Source of the DNA: an uncultured Verrucomicrobiae bacterium
GTDB taxonomy: Bacteria > Verrucomicrobiota > Verrucomicrobiia > Limisphaerales > DSYF01
Reading direction: 5' to 3'
Assembly: GCA_963751435.1 (NCBI GenBank)
Contig: CAVVUP010000026.1
Coordinates: 15,604-79,603, forward strand
DNA: 64,000 bases
Shown: positions 47,808-56,840 of the stretch, one piece after another
Numbering within the stretch: the stretch's first letter is position 1
Layout of the letters: each line of letters opens with the position of its first letter
Translations under genes and position numbers: made by a program
Notes under the pieces: model-generated
Told to the model about the DNA's origin: nothing
The model's input: the letters and a program-made list of their open reading frames with translations, nothing else
Databases searched by the model: none

Positions 47808-48224
47808 TCAAACCAAACGGATGCATTGTCCAAGGGAACATTCCCATCCGCTTCTTAACACGGAGAACATGGAAAGGCACTGAGCAAAGGGGGAGTATGC
47901 AAGCGGCGAGCAGGGAGCGGAGAGCAGATGCTTCAACAACGCATCCAGTTGTGCCCGATCCACTGAAGCCAGGGATCCGACGACTTTCACGATGAGGGTC
48001 TGTTCGACGGTGGCGATCTGCGCCTTGATCCCGCAGGCGACATCGAGGCTGGCGGCACGCCATTCTCGAAGTTCCTAAGCGGTGTTCTTCAACTGGGAGG
48101 AAACGGGACCGAGGAACAAATCCCGGCCCGCGCCTCCAACAACCACCGCCGGCCGCACTTTTCGGCTGGTCAGGTCGGTAAAGGGAATCGGGAGGAGAAC
48201 GACTTCATTTCGAGAGCAGTTCAT
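47808..48224 (-). pseudogene. PemK/MazF-family toxin gene interrupted by an in-frame TAG (codon 50, at 48075-48077)
   Basis: MNCSRNEVVLLPIPFTDLTSRKVRPAVVVGGAGRDLFLGPVSSQLKNTA* then, in the same frame, ELREWRAASLDVACGIKAQIATVEQTLIVKVVGSLASVDRAQLDALLKHLL. This matches the v.l.PFPFTDls..K.RPAlV.s......D.i...ITS.......l..W..aGL...S.ik..i.Tie..li.k.iG.Ls..d pattern. The ATG overlaps the antitoxin 3' end. Confidence 0.65.
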
Positions 48225-48425
48225 TGAAGACGTCATCGTCCGGGTTCTCCCACGCTTTCATCAGGGAATCCTGAGAAAGCCGGAGCCAGGCGCCACGATC
48301 GCTGTCCGGCTGAGGGACCGTCTCACCTTGGATGGTCATGCGCACATGCGCGTGCTCGGGCAGCGGGAGGGGTGCGGCCAGCAGCAGCTTCCCCCTTCGT
48401 AAATGGCATCCACGGTGGTGGTCAC
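48205..48425 (-). pseudogene. AF2212/DUF104-type antitoxin gene with a 1-nt frameshift in a G5 run (48391-48395)
   Basis: The GTG at 48425 gives MTTTVDAIYEGG, then after a shift, KLLLAAPLPLPEHAHVRMTIQGE..RGAWLRLSQDSLMKAWENPDDDVFNELLSK*. The span is 221 nt (3n-1), so restoring one G gives a single 73-aa ORF. Confidence 0.6.
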
Positions 48426-48746
48426 GGGCGCCCCCTGAATCGCGGCAGCGGCATTGCCGATCAAGACCGCCTCCAGCCGGACTTCGTCCAGAGCCTCGAC
48501 CCCTTGCTTCTGCCGTGCTTCTGCCCCCGCCTTCTTGTGGCTTGCTCAACTTCAATGGCCGTTTCAGGTTCAGCGGTTCAGATAGGAGGACAGGAGGACC
48601 ACCCCTGCAACGTCACCGGTGCTGGGCGTTGAAATCCTGCAAACTCTATACATCCTGTCTCCTGGATCCGCAGTTCGCCCTTCGGGAAAATGGCGGGAAG
48701 GCGTCGGAACCGACACCTTCTGGAACCGACACCTTCTTGCCACTAT

Positions 48747-49340
48747 TCACGGACCGACCCCTTCGCCTTCGTAATCCATCTGCAACCAGCCGGGACCGGG
48801 TCCATTGAACCATTCCACGCGGATCGGGTGCCGGCCGGCGGCCAGTTCAAACGAGGCGGATTTCCCGGTTTGATAGTTCAGGTCATCATTGGCCACCAGT
48901 GGCAGGCGCCACAGGCCAATGCCGGTCCGCCGGGGATTCACCTCACACACTTCGGCCTGAAGCCGGACCACCTGCCCGGCGTGCAAGTGGTCCGGCAAGG
49001 AACCCATCTGCAACAACTCCGCGCCCGAGTCGTCCTTCAAAGTCAACAGGCCGCGCCGGCTGCTGACCTCGCAGACAATCCCGGTGGCGAGTATCCCTGC
49101 CTCCGTGCGGCTGTTGGCCTGTATTAATTGACGCAGGTGCAGGAGGTTGGTGGCGATGGGAACCACCGGCACGGCAAGGCCGGGTCCTCCAGCCCCAAGC
49201 GAACTCCAGGCCCAAACGAGGCCAAGGCTTGGAAACAGCAACCACCGGCTTTCAGGCAAACGGCACCACACAGATGGTGCTAGGCTGCGTCCTTTCACCC
49301 GCCTTTTCAACTTCCCAAATCGGGGGCTCCCCTGATCCAA
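48747..49340 (-). pseudogene. orphan N-terminal fragment of a large sensor protein (PA14-like module only)
   Basis: TNLLHLRQL..VCEVSSRRGLLTLKDDSGAELLQMGSL..GQVVRLQAEVCEV..FELAAGRHPIRVEWFNGPGPGWLQMDYEGEG resembles the N-terminal module of PVC hybrid sensor kinases. It stops after 197 aa, and no kinase or receiver parts follow. Confidence 0.45.
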
Positions 49341-49409
49341 GGTGAAGCCCCCCGGCCCCTTGTGGTTTTCCTTTTACCGGCATAGCCCGTCCCCGCATAC
49401 TCCGCGCGG

Positions 49410-50642
49410 ATGGAATCAATGCTCTGGCTAGCGTGGTTGCTCATGCTTTTTTCTGCCGGGGTCAGTTTTGTGTTTGCCGTGGCGGAGACGGCGTTGTTCT
49501 CCATGAGCCGGTGGCAATTGCAGCACCTGTGTGCGGCTTCCCCGCGGCGGGGTGGACAGATCACACAACTGCTGGCCCAACCGGAGGAGCTGCTGGCCAC
49601 CATGGTCCTGGGCAACACCACCGCCTTCGCCACACTGTTGGCCACGGTGACCTGGATGGCGCTGAACGCGTATTGGCCTCTCCTGCCCGCTGTCGCCGGG
49701 CTTGTCCTCTTCCTGATTTTCTTCTGTGAACTCGTGCCCAAAACCCTCGCCGTGCGCCGGCCGGATGTCTGGTCCGCGCGGGTGGCGGGACCGCTGCGCC
49801 TGATGCATCAACTGACTGCCCCGCTTCGATGGATCTCCCGCCGGATCAATGAGTTCCTGCTCGGACGGTTCCTGTCTCGCACGGTGGAATCTGAACGTCA
49901 CCTCAACGACTCGGAATACCAGGAGTTGCTCGAATGGGCCCAACAACAGGGCACCATCGAGAAATCGGAGAAGGAGATCATCCTCGAAATCATGAGCCTC
50001 GACCGGCAGACCGCGGGGGATGTGATGCGGCCCCGCTCCCAGATGGCTTGTATTTCGGACGACCTGACCGTCGAGGAGATGATCCAAGCCGCCCGGCGGT
50101 TCCGCCACCGGCGGCTGCCGATGTATGATCAGGACGAGGACACCATTGTGGGGGTGCTCAACACGCGCGCCCTGCTGCTGGATCCCGCCACGGACCTCGC
50201 CGATGTGATCGAGTTCCCCTCGTTTGTTCCGGAGTCCATGAACCTCCTGCAACTGCTGCGCAGCCTGCAACGGCAACAGCGCGGCATGGCGATTGTGCTG
50301 GATGAATTCGGCGGCACGGCGGGCATCGTCACTCTCGAGGACATCCTTCAAAAGGTGGTCGGACCGGCGCCCCATGAGGCCGCCAGCGAGCGGGTCTGGA
50401 TGGAACAATTGGGGCCCGACCGCTGGCGGCTGCACGGGGCGATGCGGATTGATGATTTCCGGCGCAACCATCCGGCCTTGGGCGAGGTCGAGAATGTGGA
50501 AACCATGGGCGGACTGCTGGTGCAGTTGATCGAGGCGGTGCCCAACGAGGGGCAATCGGTGGTGTTTCGCGGACTGCGCCTGACCGCCGGAGCCTGTGAT
50601 GCGCGCCGGGTGCGGGAGCTGATCGTCGAACGCGTCAAATGA
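49410..50642 (+). CDS. CNNM/DUF21 membrane protein with a CBS pair and CorC_HlyC domain (hemolysin/CorC family), copy 1
   Basis: DUF21 TMs (LAWLLMLFSAGVSFVFAVAETALFS..), a CBS region (VMRPRSQM..) and AIVLDEFGGTAGIVTLEDILQKVVG plus a CorC_HlyC tail. Confidence 0.88.
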   Translation: MESMLWLAWLLMLFSAGVSFVFAVAETALFSMSRWQLQHLCAASPRRGGQITQLLAQPEELLATMVLGNTTAFATLLATVTWMALNAYWPLLPAVAGLVLFLIFFCELVPKTLAVRRPDVWSARVAGPLRLMHQLTAPLRWISRRINEFLLGRFLSRTVESERHLNDSEYQELLEWAQQQGTIEKSEKEIILEIMSLDRQTAGDVMRPRSQMACISDDLTVEEMIQAARRFRHRRLPMYDQDEDTIVGVLNTRALLLDPATDLADVIEFPSFVPESMNLLQLLRSLQRQQRGMAIVLDEFGGTAGIVTLEDILQKVVGPAPHEAASERVWMEQLGPDRWRLHGAMRIDDFRRNHPALGEVENVETMGGLLVQLIEAVPNEGQSVVFRGLRLTAGACDARRVRELIVERVK

Positions 50643-51631
50643 ACCCGTCCGACACCCTCATCTGGCTGGGCTGGACCCTGGGCCTGGCGCTGTCCTTCGT
50701 GCTCTCGGGCATGGAGGCGGGGGTGTTCGCGCTCAACCGGGTGCGGTTGCGACAGCAAGCCCGCTCCGGCCAGAAGACCGCGATCCGGCTCATGAAGTTC
50801 CTGAACAATCCGGAGCAGTTTCTCTGGACACTCTTCATCGGTAACACGCTCGTGAACTTCTTCATTCTCGCCTGGGCACTCCTGGCGCTGGAATCCTGGC
50901 TGGGACGCTGGCCGGTCGCCTTGTGGGCGACCTTTGCGCTGGTGGTGTTCGCTTTCTACAGCCTGTTTGATCTGCTGCCCAAGTCCTTGTTCCGGCTGGC
51001 ACCCAACCGCTTCTGCACCCTCTTCGCCAGCCCGGTGCGCTGGGTCCATGTCGGACTGCGTCCGGTGGTCGGCTGCGTCGAGCTGGGCGCCAACCTCCTG
51101 GCGGGCTTGCGTCCGGAATCCGCGTTGTCCGGCCAACTGTTCGGCAACCGCGAGGAGTTGCGCGTGATCCTCGAGGAATCCGCCCGCGGCTTCAGCTCGG
51201 AGGAACGGCTCCTGATCAACCGGGTCATGGACCTGCACTCGGTGACCGCGCGGCAGTTGATGAAACCCATGCAGTTGGCGGTGACGGTGAACATGGACAC
51301 GCTCCTGTCCGAGGTCTTCCGAATGGCCCGCGAGCAGGGCATCACCCGGTTCCCGGTGTGGGATATCCGGAACAACCAGCGGCGCATCGCCGGTCTGCTC
51401 GACCTCGACACGGTGGTGTATCGCGATGATCTCGATCCGGCGGCGTCCATCACCCCTTTCGTCAAGCCGGCGGTGTTTGTGGACGAGAATCTGCCGGTGG
51501 AAAGGGCGCTGCGCCGGATGCGGCGGACGGGGCAGCCGCTGGTGGTGGTGGTGGGTCGGAACCAGCGTGAACTGGGCCTGCTCGCCCTACAGGATGTGCT
51601 CAAGCGCATCTTCGGGGAGGTCAGTTTCTAG
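50639..51631 (+). CDS. CNNM/DUF21 plus CBS protein lacking the CorC_HlyC domain, copy 2
   Basis: ATGA overlap with copy 1. DUF21 (LALSFVLSGMEAGVFALN), CBS (LMKPMQL..), and it ends right after PLVVVVGRNQRELGLLALQDVLKRIFGEV. 330 aa. Confidence 0.85.
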   Translation: MNPSDTLIWLGWTLGLALSFVLSGMEAGVFALNRVRLRQQARSGQKTAIRLMKFLNNPEQFLWTLFIGNTLVNFFILAWALLALESWLGRWPVALWATFALVVFAFYSLFDLLPKSLFRLAPNRFCTLFASPVRWVHVGLRPVVGCVELGANLLAGLRPESALSGQLFGNREELRVILEESARGFSSEERLLINRVMDLHSVTARQLMKPMQLAVTVNMDTLLSEVFRMAREQGITRFPVWDIRNNQRRIAGLLDLDTVVYRDDLDPAASITPFVKPAVFVDENLPVERALRRMRRTGQPLVVVVGRNQRELGLLALQDVLKRIFGEVSF

Positions 51632-51633
51632 CC

Positions 51634-52965
51634 ATGGACCTGTCCGCCGCCATCTCGATTGCCTGGAGGATCATTGCGGTCATCGCGCTGGTCCTGATGA
51701 ACGGGTTTTTCGTTGCGGCCGAGTTCGCGCTGGTCAAGGTGCGCGACACGCAGTTGAACCCGCTGGTCCGCCAGGGCAACCGCCGCGCGAAGGTGGCCCG
51801 GCTGATCCTGCAACGCCTGGACGCCTTCCTGAGCGCGGCGCAACTGGGCATCACCCTTGCCAGCCTGGCATTGGGCTGGATTGGAGAGCCGGTCTTCAGT
51901 GCGCTGCTGGCTCCCGTGTTCAACGCGTTTCAGATTGACGACCCGCACCTGCGCGAGGTGCTGGCGTTTGCCGTGGGCTTTTCCGCCATCACCTTCCTGC
52001 ACATCAGCGCCGGGGAACAGGCGCCCAAGATGATGGCCATTCAGAATCCTCTGCCCTTCAGCCTCTGGATCGCCTACCCACTGCTCTGGTTTTACCGCCT
52101 CTCCTACCCCTTTGTGTATGTGCTCAACCGCACTTCTCAGTGGCTCCTGAAACAGGCCGGACTCACGGGAACATCGGAGCACGGTGGAAGCCACTCCGAT
52201 GAGGAACTCCGGTTGCTCTTTGCCGAGTCTCAGCGGCAAACCGGCGGATCGGCTCTGGGCCGCGAGATCGTGGTCAACGCGCTCGACCTGAGACGTCGAA
52301 TCGTCCGGGACGTCATGCGCCCGCGCCAGGAGATCACCTGCCTGGACACCGAGGCGCCCATCAATGACTGCCTGCAGGTGGCCGAAAGCACACGCTTTTC
52401 GCGGTTTCCCCTATGCGAGGCCGGCGACGTGGACCGGTCGCTGGCGGCGGTTCATATCAAGGACCTCTATGCCCTGCGCAACAAGGCCCGGACAGGGCTG
52501 GACCTCTTGGCGGCAGCGCGGAAGTTGATCTACGTGCCGGAAACCGCCCGTCTCGAGCGCCTGCTCCAGTTGTTCCTCGATCAGAAACTGCACATGGCGC
52601 TGGTGGTCGACGAGTACGGCGGCACGCAAGGACTGGTAACGCTGGAGAACATCCTCGAGGAATTGGTGGGACAGATCCAGGACGAGTTTGACCAGGAGAA
52701 GCCCCTGCTCGTGCCCATGGGCCCCAACCTCTGGGAAGCTTCCGGATTCCTGCCCTTGCACGAACTCGAACACATCGTGGGCGAACGGATCAACGCCGAG
52801 GATCTCACCACCGTCAGCGGTTACGTGACCCAGCAGTTGGGTGGCTTCCCCAAGGTCGGGGATACCCTCACCGTGGGGGAATGGCGCCTGCGGGTCGAAG
52901 CGATGGACGGAATCCGCGTGTCCCGATTGCGCCTTCTGCGCATGGCCAAGCCTCCGACCGGCTGA
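51634..52965 (+). CDS. CNNM/DUF21 plus CBS plus CorC_HlyC protein, copy 3
   Basis: Starts 2 nt after the copy 2 stop. NGFFVAAEFALVKVR.., GEQAPKMMAIQ, a CBS pair, MALVVDEYGGTQGLVTLENILEELVGQIQDEFD and a CorC tail. Confidence 0.88.
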   Translation: MDLSAAISIAWRIIAVIALVLMNGFFVAAEFALVKVRDTQLNPLVRQGNRRAKVARLILQRLDAFLSAAQLGITLASLALGWIGEPVFSALLAPVFNAFQIDDPHLREVLAFAVGFSAITFLHISAGEQAPKMMAIQNPLPFSLWIAYPLLWFYRLSYPFVYVLNRTSQWLLKQAGLTGTSEHGGSHSDEELRLLFAESQRQTGGSALGREIVVNALDLRRRIVRDVMRPRQEITCLDTEAPINDCLQVAESTRFSRFPLCEAGDVDRSLAAVHIKDLYALRNKARTGLDLLAAARKLIYVPETARLERLLQLFLDQKLHMALVVDEYGGTQGLVTLENILEELVGQIQDEFDQEKPLLVPMGPNLWEASGFLPLHELEHIVGERINAEDLTTVSGYVTQQLGGFPKVGDTLTVGEWRLRVEAMDGIRVSRLRLLRMAKPPTG

Positions 52966-53009
52966 AGACCCCGCAACCACAACCGAACGCAGCGCGGAGA
53001 TTCTGCCGG

Positions 53010-53819
53010 TTAGATCTTGTGCAGTCGCACCCGGAACCGGCTGATTCCCGGGATGCGGCTCAGATCCCCGTCGCAAAACAGGCGCTGGAACTCCTCACTC
53101 TCGAGCGCGTGCTGCCTTGCTCCCGGCGAATCGCGCTCCAGCAGATGCTTCAACTCCTTGAGATCGCTGCCCCAGCGGAATCCATTGAAGAACTCAGCCC
53201 CGGCAAACTGTGTCTTGTAAAGGGCGTTCTTCGAGTAACACGAGCCCAGATAGAGGTGCCGGATGCCGCGCTCGGCGAACAGGTTCACGGCGGAAGTCAT
53301 CATGAACATGCCCAGGTTGCGCTGGAAATAGTTCAGGTCGTAATACGCGTAGTAGTAGAACGCCAGCGCCCGGGCTTCGCAATAGACCATGGCCAAACCC
53401 ACCTCGCCGCCGGTGGCGGTGTCGGTATAGACCAGAAGATGCGTGATCAGCGGACTGGCGAAAAGGTTGTCCAGCCGCTCGAACCCCATGGTGTCCTTGC
53501 CGAACTTGATGTCCGCATACCCCTTGCAAAAGGCGCGGCGCTGGGCGGTGTAGTCGAACCGGGCGCGCGGCACCAGTTCCACCCGGATCCCCTCCCCCTT
53601 GCGCAGGATGCGCCGGTTCTCGCTCGAAGGGGTGAACCGGCTCAAATCCACCCGCACCTGCCGGCAAAGGTAAAACCGGTCGAGCTGACGCGAGGACGGC
53701 AGAAAGCCGGCGTCGAACAACTGCCGCGGCTTTTCGCCCGGCTCGGGGAACGCCCACACGGCATAGGGGAAGATGTAATTGCCGTAGTCGGAGACGTGTT
53801 CGGAAAAGACGAGTTTCAT
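53010..53819 (-). CDS. arginyl/leucyl-tRNA--protein transferase-like protein (ATE/Bpt family), N-terminal Cys motif absent
   Basis: LFDAGFLPSSRQLDRFYLCRQVRVDLSRFTPSSENRRILRK parallels ..GFRRSG...Y...C..C....R......F..S.S.RR. The C-terminal block GLAMVYCEARALAFYYYAYYDLNYFQRNLGMFMMTSAVNLFAERGIRHLYLGSCYSKNALYKTQFAGAEFFNGFRW parallels ..SaVY.FYDPd....SLG...iL..I..A...G..y.YLGY.I....KM.YK..F.P.E. ATG at 53819. Confidence 0.65.
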   Translation of the reverse strand: MKLVFSEHVSDYGNYIFPYAVWAFPEPGEKPRQLFDAGFLPSSRQLDRFYLCRQVRVDLSRFTPSSENRRILRKGEGIRVELVPRARFDYTAQRRAFCKGYADIKFGKDTMGFERLDNLFASPLITHLLVYTDTATGGEVGLAMVYCEARALAFYYYAYYDLNYFQRNLGMFMMTSAVNLFAERGIRHLYLGSCYSKNALYKTQFAGAEFFNGFRWGSDLKELKHLLERDSPGARQHALESEEFQRLFCDGDLSRIPGISRFRVRLHKI

Positions 53820-53955
53820 GAACTGCAAACCGGATGGTTGGCCGTGGAACGACCTGTCCTAAGCCCCGAGGACCAAGGATCTGGACTGCTGAGCCCACGG
53901 AACACACAAACACATTCCCCGATCTGCCATCTACGATCTCCCATCTCTCCGCGCC

Positions 53956-55092
53956 TTACTCGTCCAGATAAACCCGCGGCAACCGGGAGCGCCAGCCCAC
54001 CAGCACCTCGTAGGTCACCGTACCCTTCCATTGGCCCACATCCCGCGCCGTAATCTCCTCGTTGCCCTGACGCCCCATCAACACCGCCTCGGACCACATG
54101 CCCGCCTCGGGAATGTCGGTGATGTCCACCATGGTGGCGTCCATCGCGTTGCCGCCCACCACCGGTGCCCGGCGACCCGCAATCAATGCATGCCCGTTGT
54201 TTCGCAGACGCGGATACCCGTCTCCGTAGCCCACCGGCAGCACCGCGATCCTCCGTTTCTCCCGCGCCCGGTAATGCATGCCGTAACCCACACACTCGCC
54301 CGGTTCCAGTGTGCGGATCCCAGACACCCGCGTCTTCACTGTCATGACCGGCCGGATACCCTCGATGCGACGGCAGACCTGCGACGGGAACACGCCCAAC
54401 GCGAGGATGCCGATCCGGACCATGTCGTGATGGGCCAGGGGCAGATCCAGGAACCCGCCGGAGTTGCAGATGTGCCGATGCCGCACCGCGATGCCGGAGG
54501 CGGCCATGCCTTCCAACACCTCCAGAAATCGCCCGTGCTGCAACCGGGCATAGCCCTTGTCCTGTTCGTCGGACTGGGAAAAATGGCTCATGACGCCATC
54601 GAGGAGCAGAGACTTCTGCCGCGCGATGAACTCGATCAGGGGCAGCGCCGCATCCCACCGCACCCCGTAGCGCGCCATGCCGGTGTCCACCTTCACATGC
54701 ACCGCAACCCGCTTGTGCGCGCGCTCCGCCACCCGGGCCAACTCGTCCGCCGTGGTCGCATCGTTGAGACAGACACTGAGTCCGTGCTGGACACACCACG
54801 GCAACTCGGAGGCATGACGTTCGCCCAGCAGCAAGATAGGCGCGGTAAACCCCGCATCGCGAAGGATCATCCCCTCATGGAGGGTGCTGACGGCCACATG
54901 CGTGGCCCCGTGTTCCACCGCCATGTTCGCCACCTGCAGGATGCCGTGCCCATAGCCGTCGTCCTTGACCACGGACATCAGGTTCAGCGCAGCCGGTTTG
55001 TCGGCTTGGATCAGCCGGAAATTCCGGCGCAACTGAGCCAGGTTGATCTCCACCCACGCGTTGCGCAACGGCAGCCGTTCGGGCTGCGCCAT
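53956..55092 (-). CDS. alr: alanine racemase
   Basis: AWVEINLAQLRRNFRLI..MSVVKDDGYGHG (PLP-Lys), HVKVDTGMARYG, SHFSQSD, VRIGILALG, VGYGMHY..AVLPVGYGDGYPR. ATG at 55092. Confidence 0.9.
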   Translation of the reverse strand: MAQPERLPLRNAWVEINLAQLRRNFRLIQADKPAALNLMSVVKDDGYGHGILQVANMAVEHGATHVAVSTLHEGMILRDAGFTAPILLLGERHASELPWCVQHGLSVCLNDATTADELARVAERAHKRVAVHVKVDTGMARYGVRWDAALPLIEFIARQKSLLLDGVMSHFSQSDEQDKGYARLQHGRFLEVLEGMAASGIAVRHRHICNSGGFLDLPLAHHDMVRIGILALGVFPSQVCRRIEGIRPVMTVKTRVSGIRTLEPGECVGYGMHYRAREKRRIAVLPVGYGDGYPRLRNNGHALIAGRRAPVVGGNAMDATMVDITDIPEAGMWSEAVLMGRQGNEEITARDVGQWKGTVTYEVLVGWRSRLPRVYLDE

Positions 55093-55214
55093 GACGGATT
55101 CCTCGCGCCAGATGGTGGCCGACTCGCCCCCTGTGGGAGAAGAGGTCGAGGTGGGCGCAGGAACGACAGAATAGAAGCGCGTCGCAGGCGGTAGTATTTC
55201 AACGGTTCGCATTG

Positions 55215-56492
55215 TCAGTGATCCATGCCCGGCGGCCAAAGATTCTCTCCAATATCGGTTCGGTAAAAGGCACCCAGACAATGGATGCGCTCAATGTTCG
55301 CTCTGGCCCGCCGGACCGCCATCTCGAGGGTCTGCCCGAAAGCCACCACGTCGGCAATACGATGACCCACGGCCATCCGCTGCCTGTCCGGAGAACCTTC
55401 CATCTCGTTCCACCACACATCGCAATCCAATGGCGCCGTGCAACTTACCGGCATCTTGGGCCCGCGAACCCCCAGATAGGGATACCCGTAGCCCGCCAGA
55501 GTCATCGAACACCCAAAGGAAAACTCCCCCCGGAACCTCGGCGCAAGCTTTTGATTGCGAACAGTTGTCCACAAGGTATTCACAGGATCTTCCAACAACC
55601 GCAAAATCATCGCGCCCGACGTGATGCCCAACCGGATGTTGTACTCGATGACCTTCCATCGGCCCTGATGATGACAGGCGGTCACCTGGATCGGGCCGTG
55701 GTAGTTCACCCGCTTGAACCAGGGCCGCAACGGATGCAAGAGCTGCCGGGCCAAAGCGTATCGGTCCTCCGGATCTTTTTCGATCAACCCGCCCATCGGC
55801 GCGCCGCAAACCACGCCCAAGTTGCCAGCATACGCACGCTTATACTCCTGATTGGTGACCAGGGAATGAATCTCACCTCCGCTGACCAGCGCGATGTGAC
55901 CCGCCTCGGCGCGCCCGAGGTATTCCTGCAGGAACACGCCCTCGGCGTAATTCACCCGGTCCAGCCAAGCCCGGGTTTCCTCGACCGTTTCACAGACGAT
56001 GGTGTGCACCGGGCTCCCGGGCGAACAGAGGGGATTCTTGATAACGTAAGGCTTGGGATTGCGCTTGAGCAAACGCAAGGCGGCCAGCCGGTTGGGGACG
56101 ACGTGCGACTGCGGAAAGGGGATCTTGTACTCGCGGCACAGCCGCCGGGCATAGTCCCGCTCGCGCTCGATCATCATCGCCTCGCCGGTGGGACACAGAA
56201 TCGGAATGCCGCTGGCCAGGAACGCCTCCGCCCACGGCGCCTGCGCCCAGTCAATGGACTGCGGCAGGATGAAGTCCACCTTGAGCCGTTTGAGCAGGGA
56301 CAATGGGTCGGGGTGTTCCTGGGCACTGAAGGTCGGCCCAACCAAGGTGGGGGGGAAATGCCCGTAATTTCGCGTGAGGTACACCGAAACCCGGGCGCCG
56401 GCGTCCTGAAGAATCTGTGCGTGGCTGTGGGCAAAGGAACCCACGCCAAACACCATGACCGACGGGCCAGATCTCAGGGTTTTTCGAGCCAT
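55215..56492 (-). CDS. PurD-family (phosphoribosylamine--glycine ligase-like) ATP-grasp enzyme, divergent
   Basis: Colinear with PurD: N domain (VMVFGVGSFAHSHAQIL), ATP-grasp (ERERDYARRLCREYKIPFP..PYVIKNP..FLQEYLGRAEAGHIAL..VIEYNIRLG) and C domain ending ..VAFGQTLEMAVRRARANIERI..FYRTDIG. Canonical motifs such as GGREHAL, NTGGMGAY and RFGDPE are replaced. Confidence 0.6.
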   Translation of the reverse strand: MARKTLRSGPSVMVFGVGSFAHSHAQILQDAGARVSVYLTRNYGHFPPTLVGPTFSAQEHPDPLSLLKRLKVDFILPQSIDWAQAPWAEAFLASGIPILCPTGEAMMIERERDYARRLCREYKIPFPQSHVVPNRLAALRLLKRNPKPYVIKNPLCSPGSPVHTIVCETVEETRAWLDRVNYAEGVFLQEYLGRAEAGHIALVSGGEIHSLVTNQEYKRAYAGNLGVVCGAPMGGLIEKDPEDRYALARQLLHPLRPWFKRVNYHGPIQVTACHHQGRWKVIEYNIRLGITSGAMILRLLEDPVNTLWTTVRNQKLAPRFRGEFSFGCSMTLAGYGYPYLGVRGPKMPVSCTAPLDCDVWWNEMEGSPDRQRMAVGHRIADVVAFGQTLEMAVRRARANIERIHCLGAFYRTDIGENLWPPGMDH

Positions 56493-56840
56493 TCAAAATC
56501 AGGACCCGGTCCGCATCGCCGCAGTTCGAGTCCGCCCTGCGATGAAGAGCGAAACCGCCCCGTCAGGCAAGTGGTTTCTGCCCAAGTTTCAAGAATCCGA
56601 TGTTGAACTGGGAGTCAATCATGTCGGGTGGTGAGAGAGTCGGGCCCCCGAGATCCATCGCCACGCTGCTCCAGATGCCCCCGACCAGTTCGCAAACCTC
56701 CCGCACCTGCGCAGCCGCTGCGGCTCACCGAGCCGCGCTCCCAACCCCTTGTGATTTCCCAGGAGTTCAGGCTTGTCCGGATCGGCCTTCCAGCACAGGC
56801 TTCGCGCTCGAGTCGGATTGGAAACCCATTGAACGAAACC

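Noticed and set aside
46987-48063. The full 358-aa version of the secreted-protein ORF.
   Set aside because: The first 100 codons or so overlap the MazF-like pseudogene in another frame and have no signal peptide. The internal ATG at 47757 gives a proper signal sequence.
53956-55281. N-terminally extended alanine racemase (441 aa) overlapping the 3' end of the PurD-like gene. The same question arises for other long ORF-track starts: guaB 21605, kat 18779, ftsY 26105, ribE 28569, batB 36955, batE 41014, and the epimerase at 43918.
   Set aside because: Family N-termini align with internal ATGs. The upstream extensions are low-complexity or overlap neighbouring genes or repeats.
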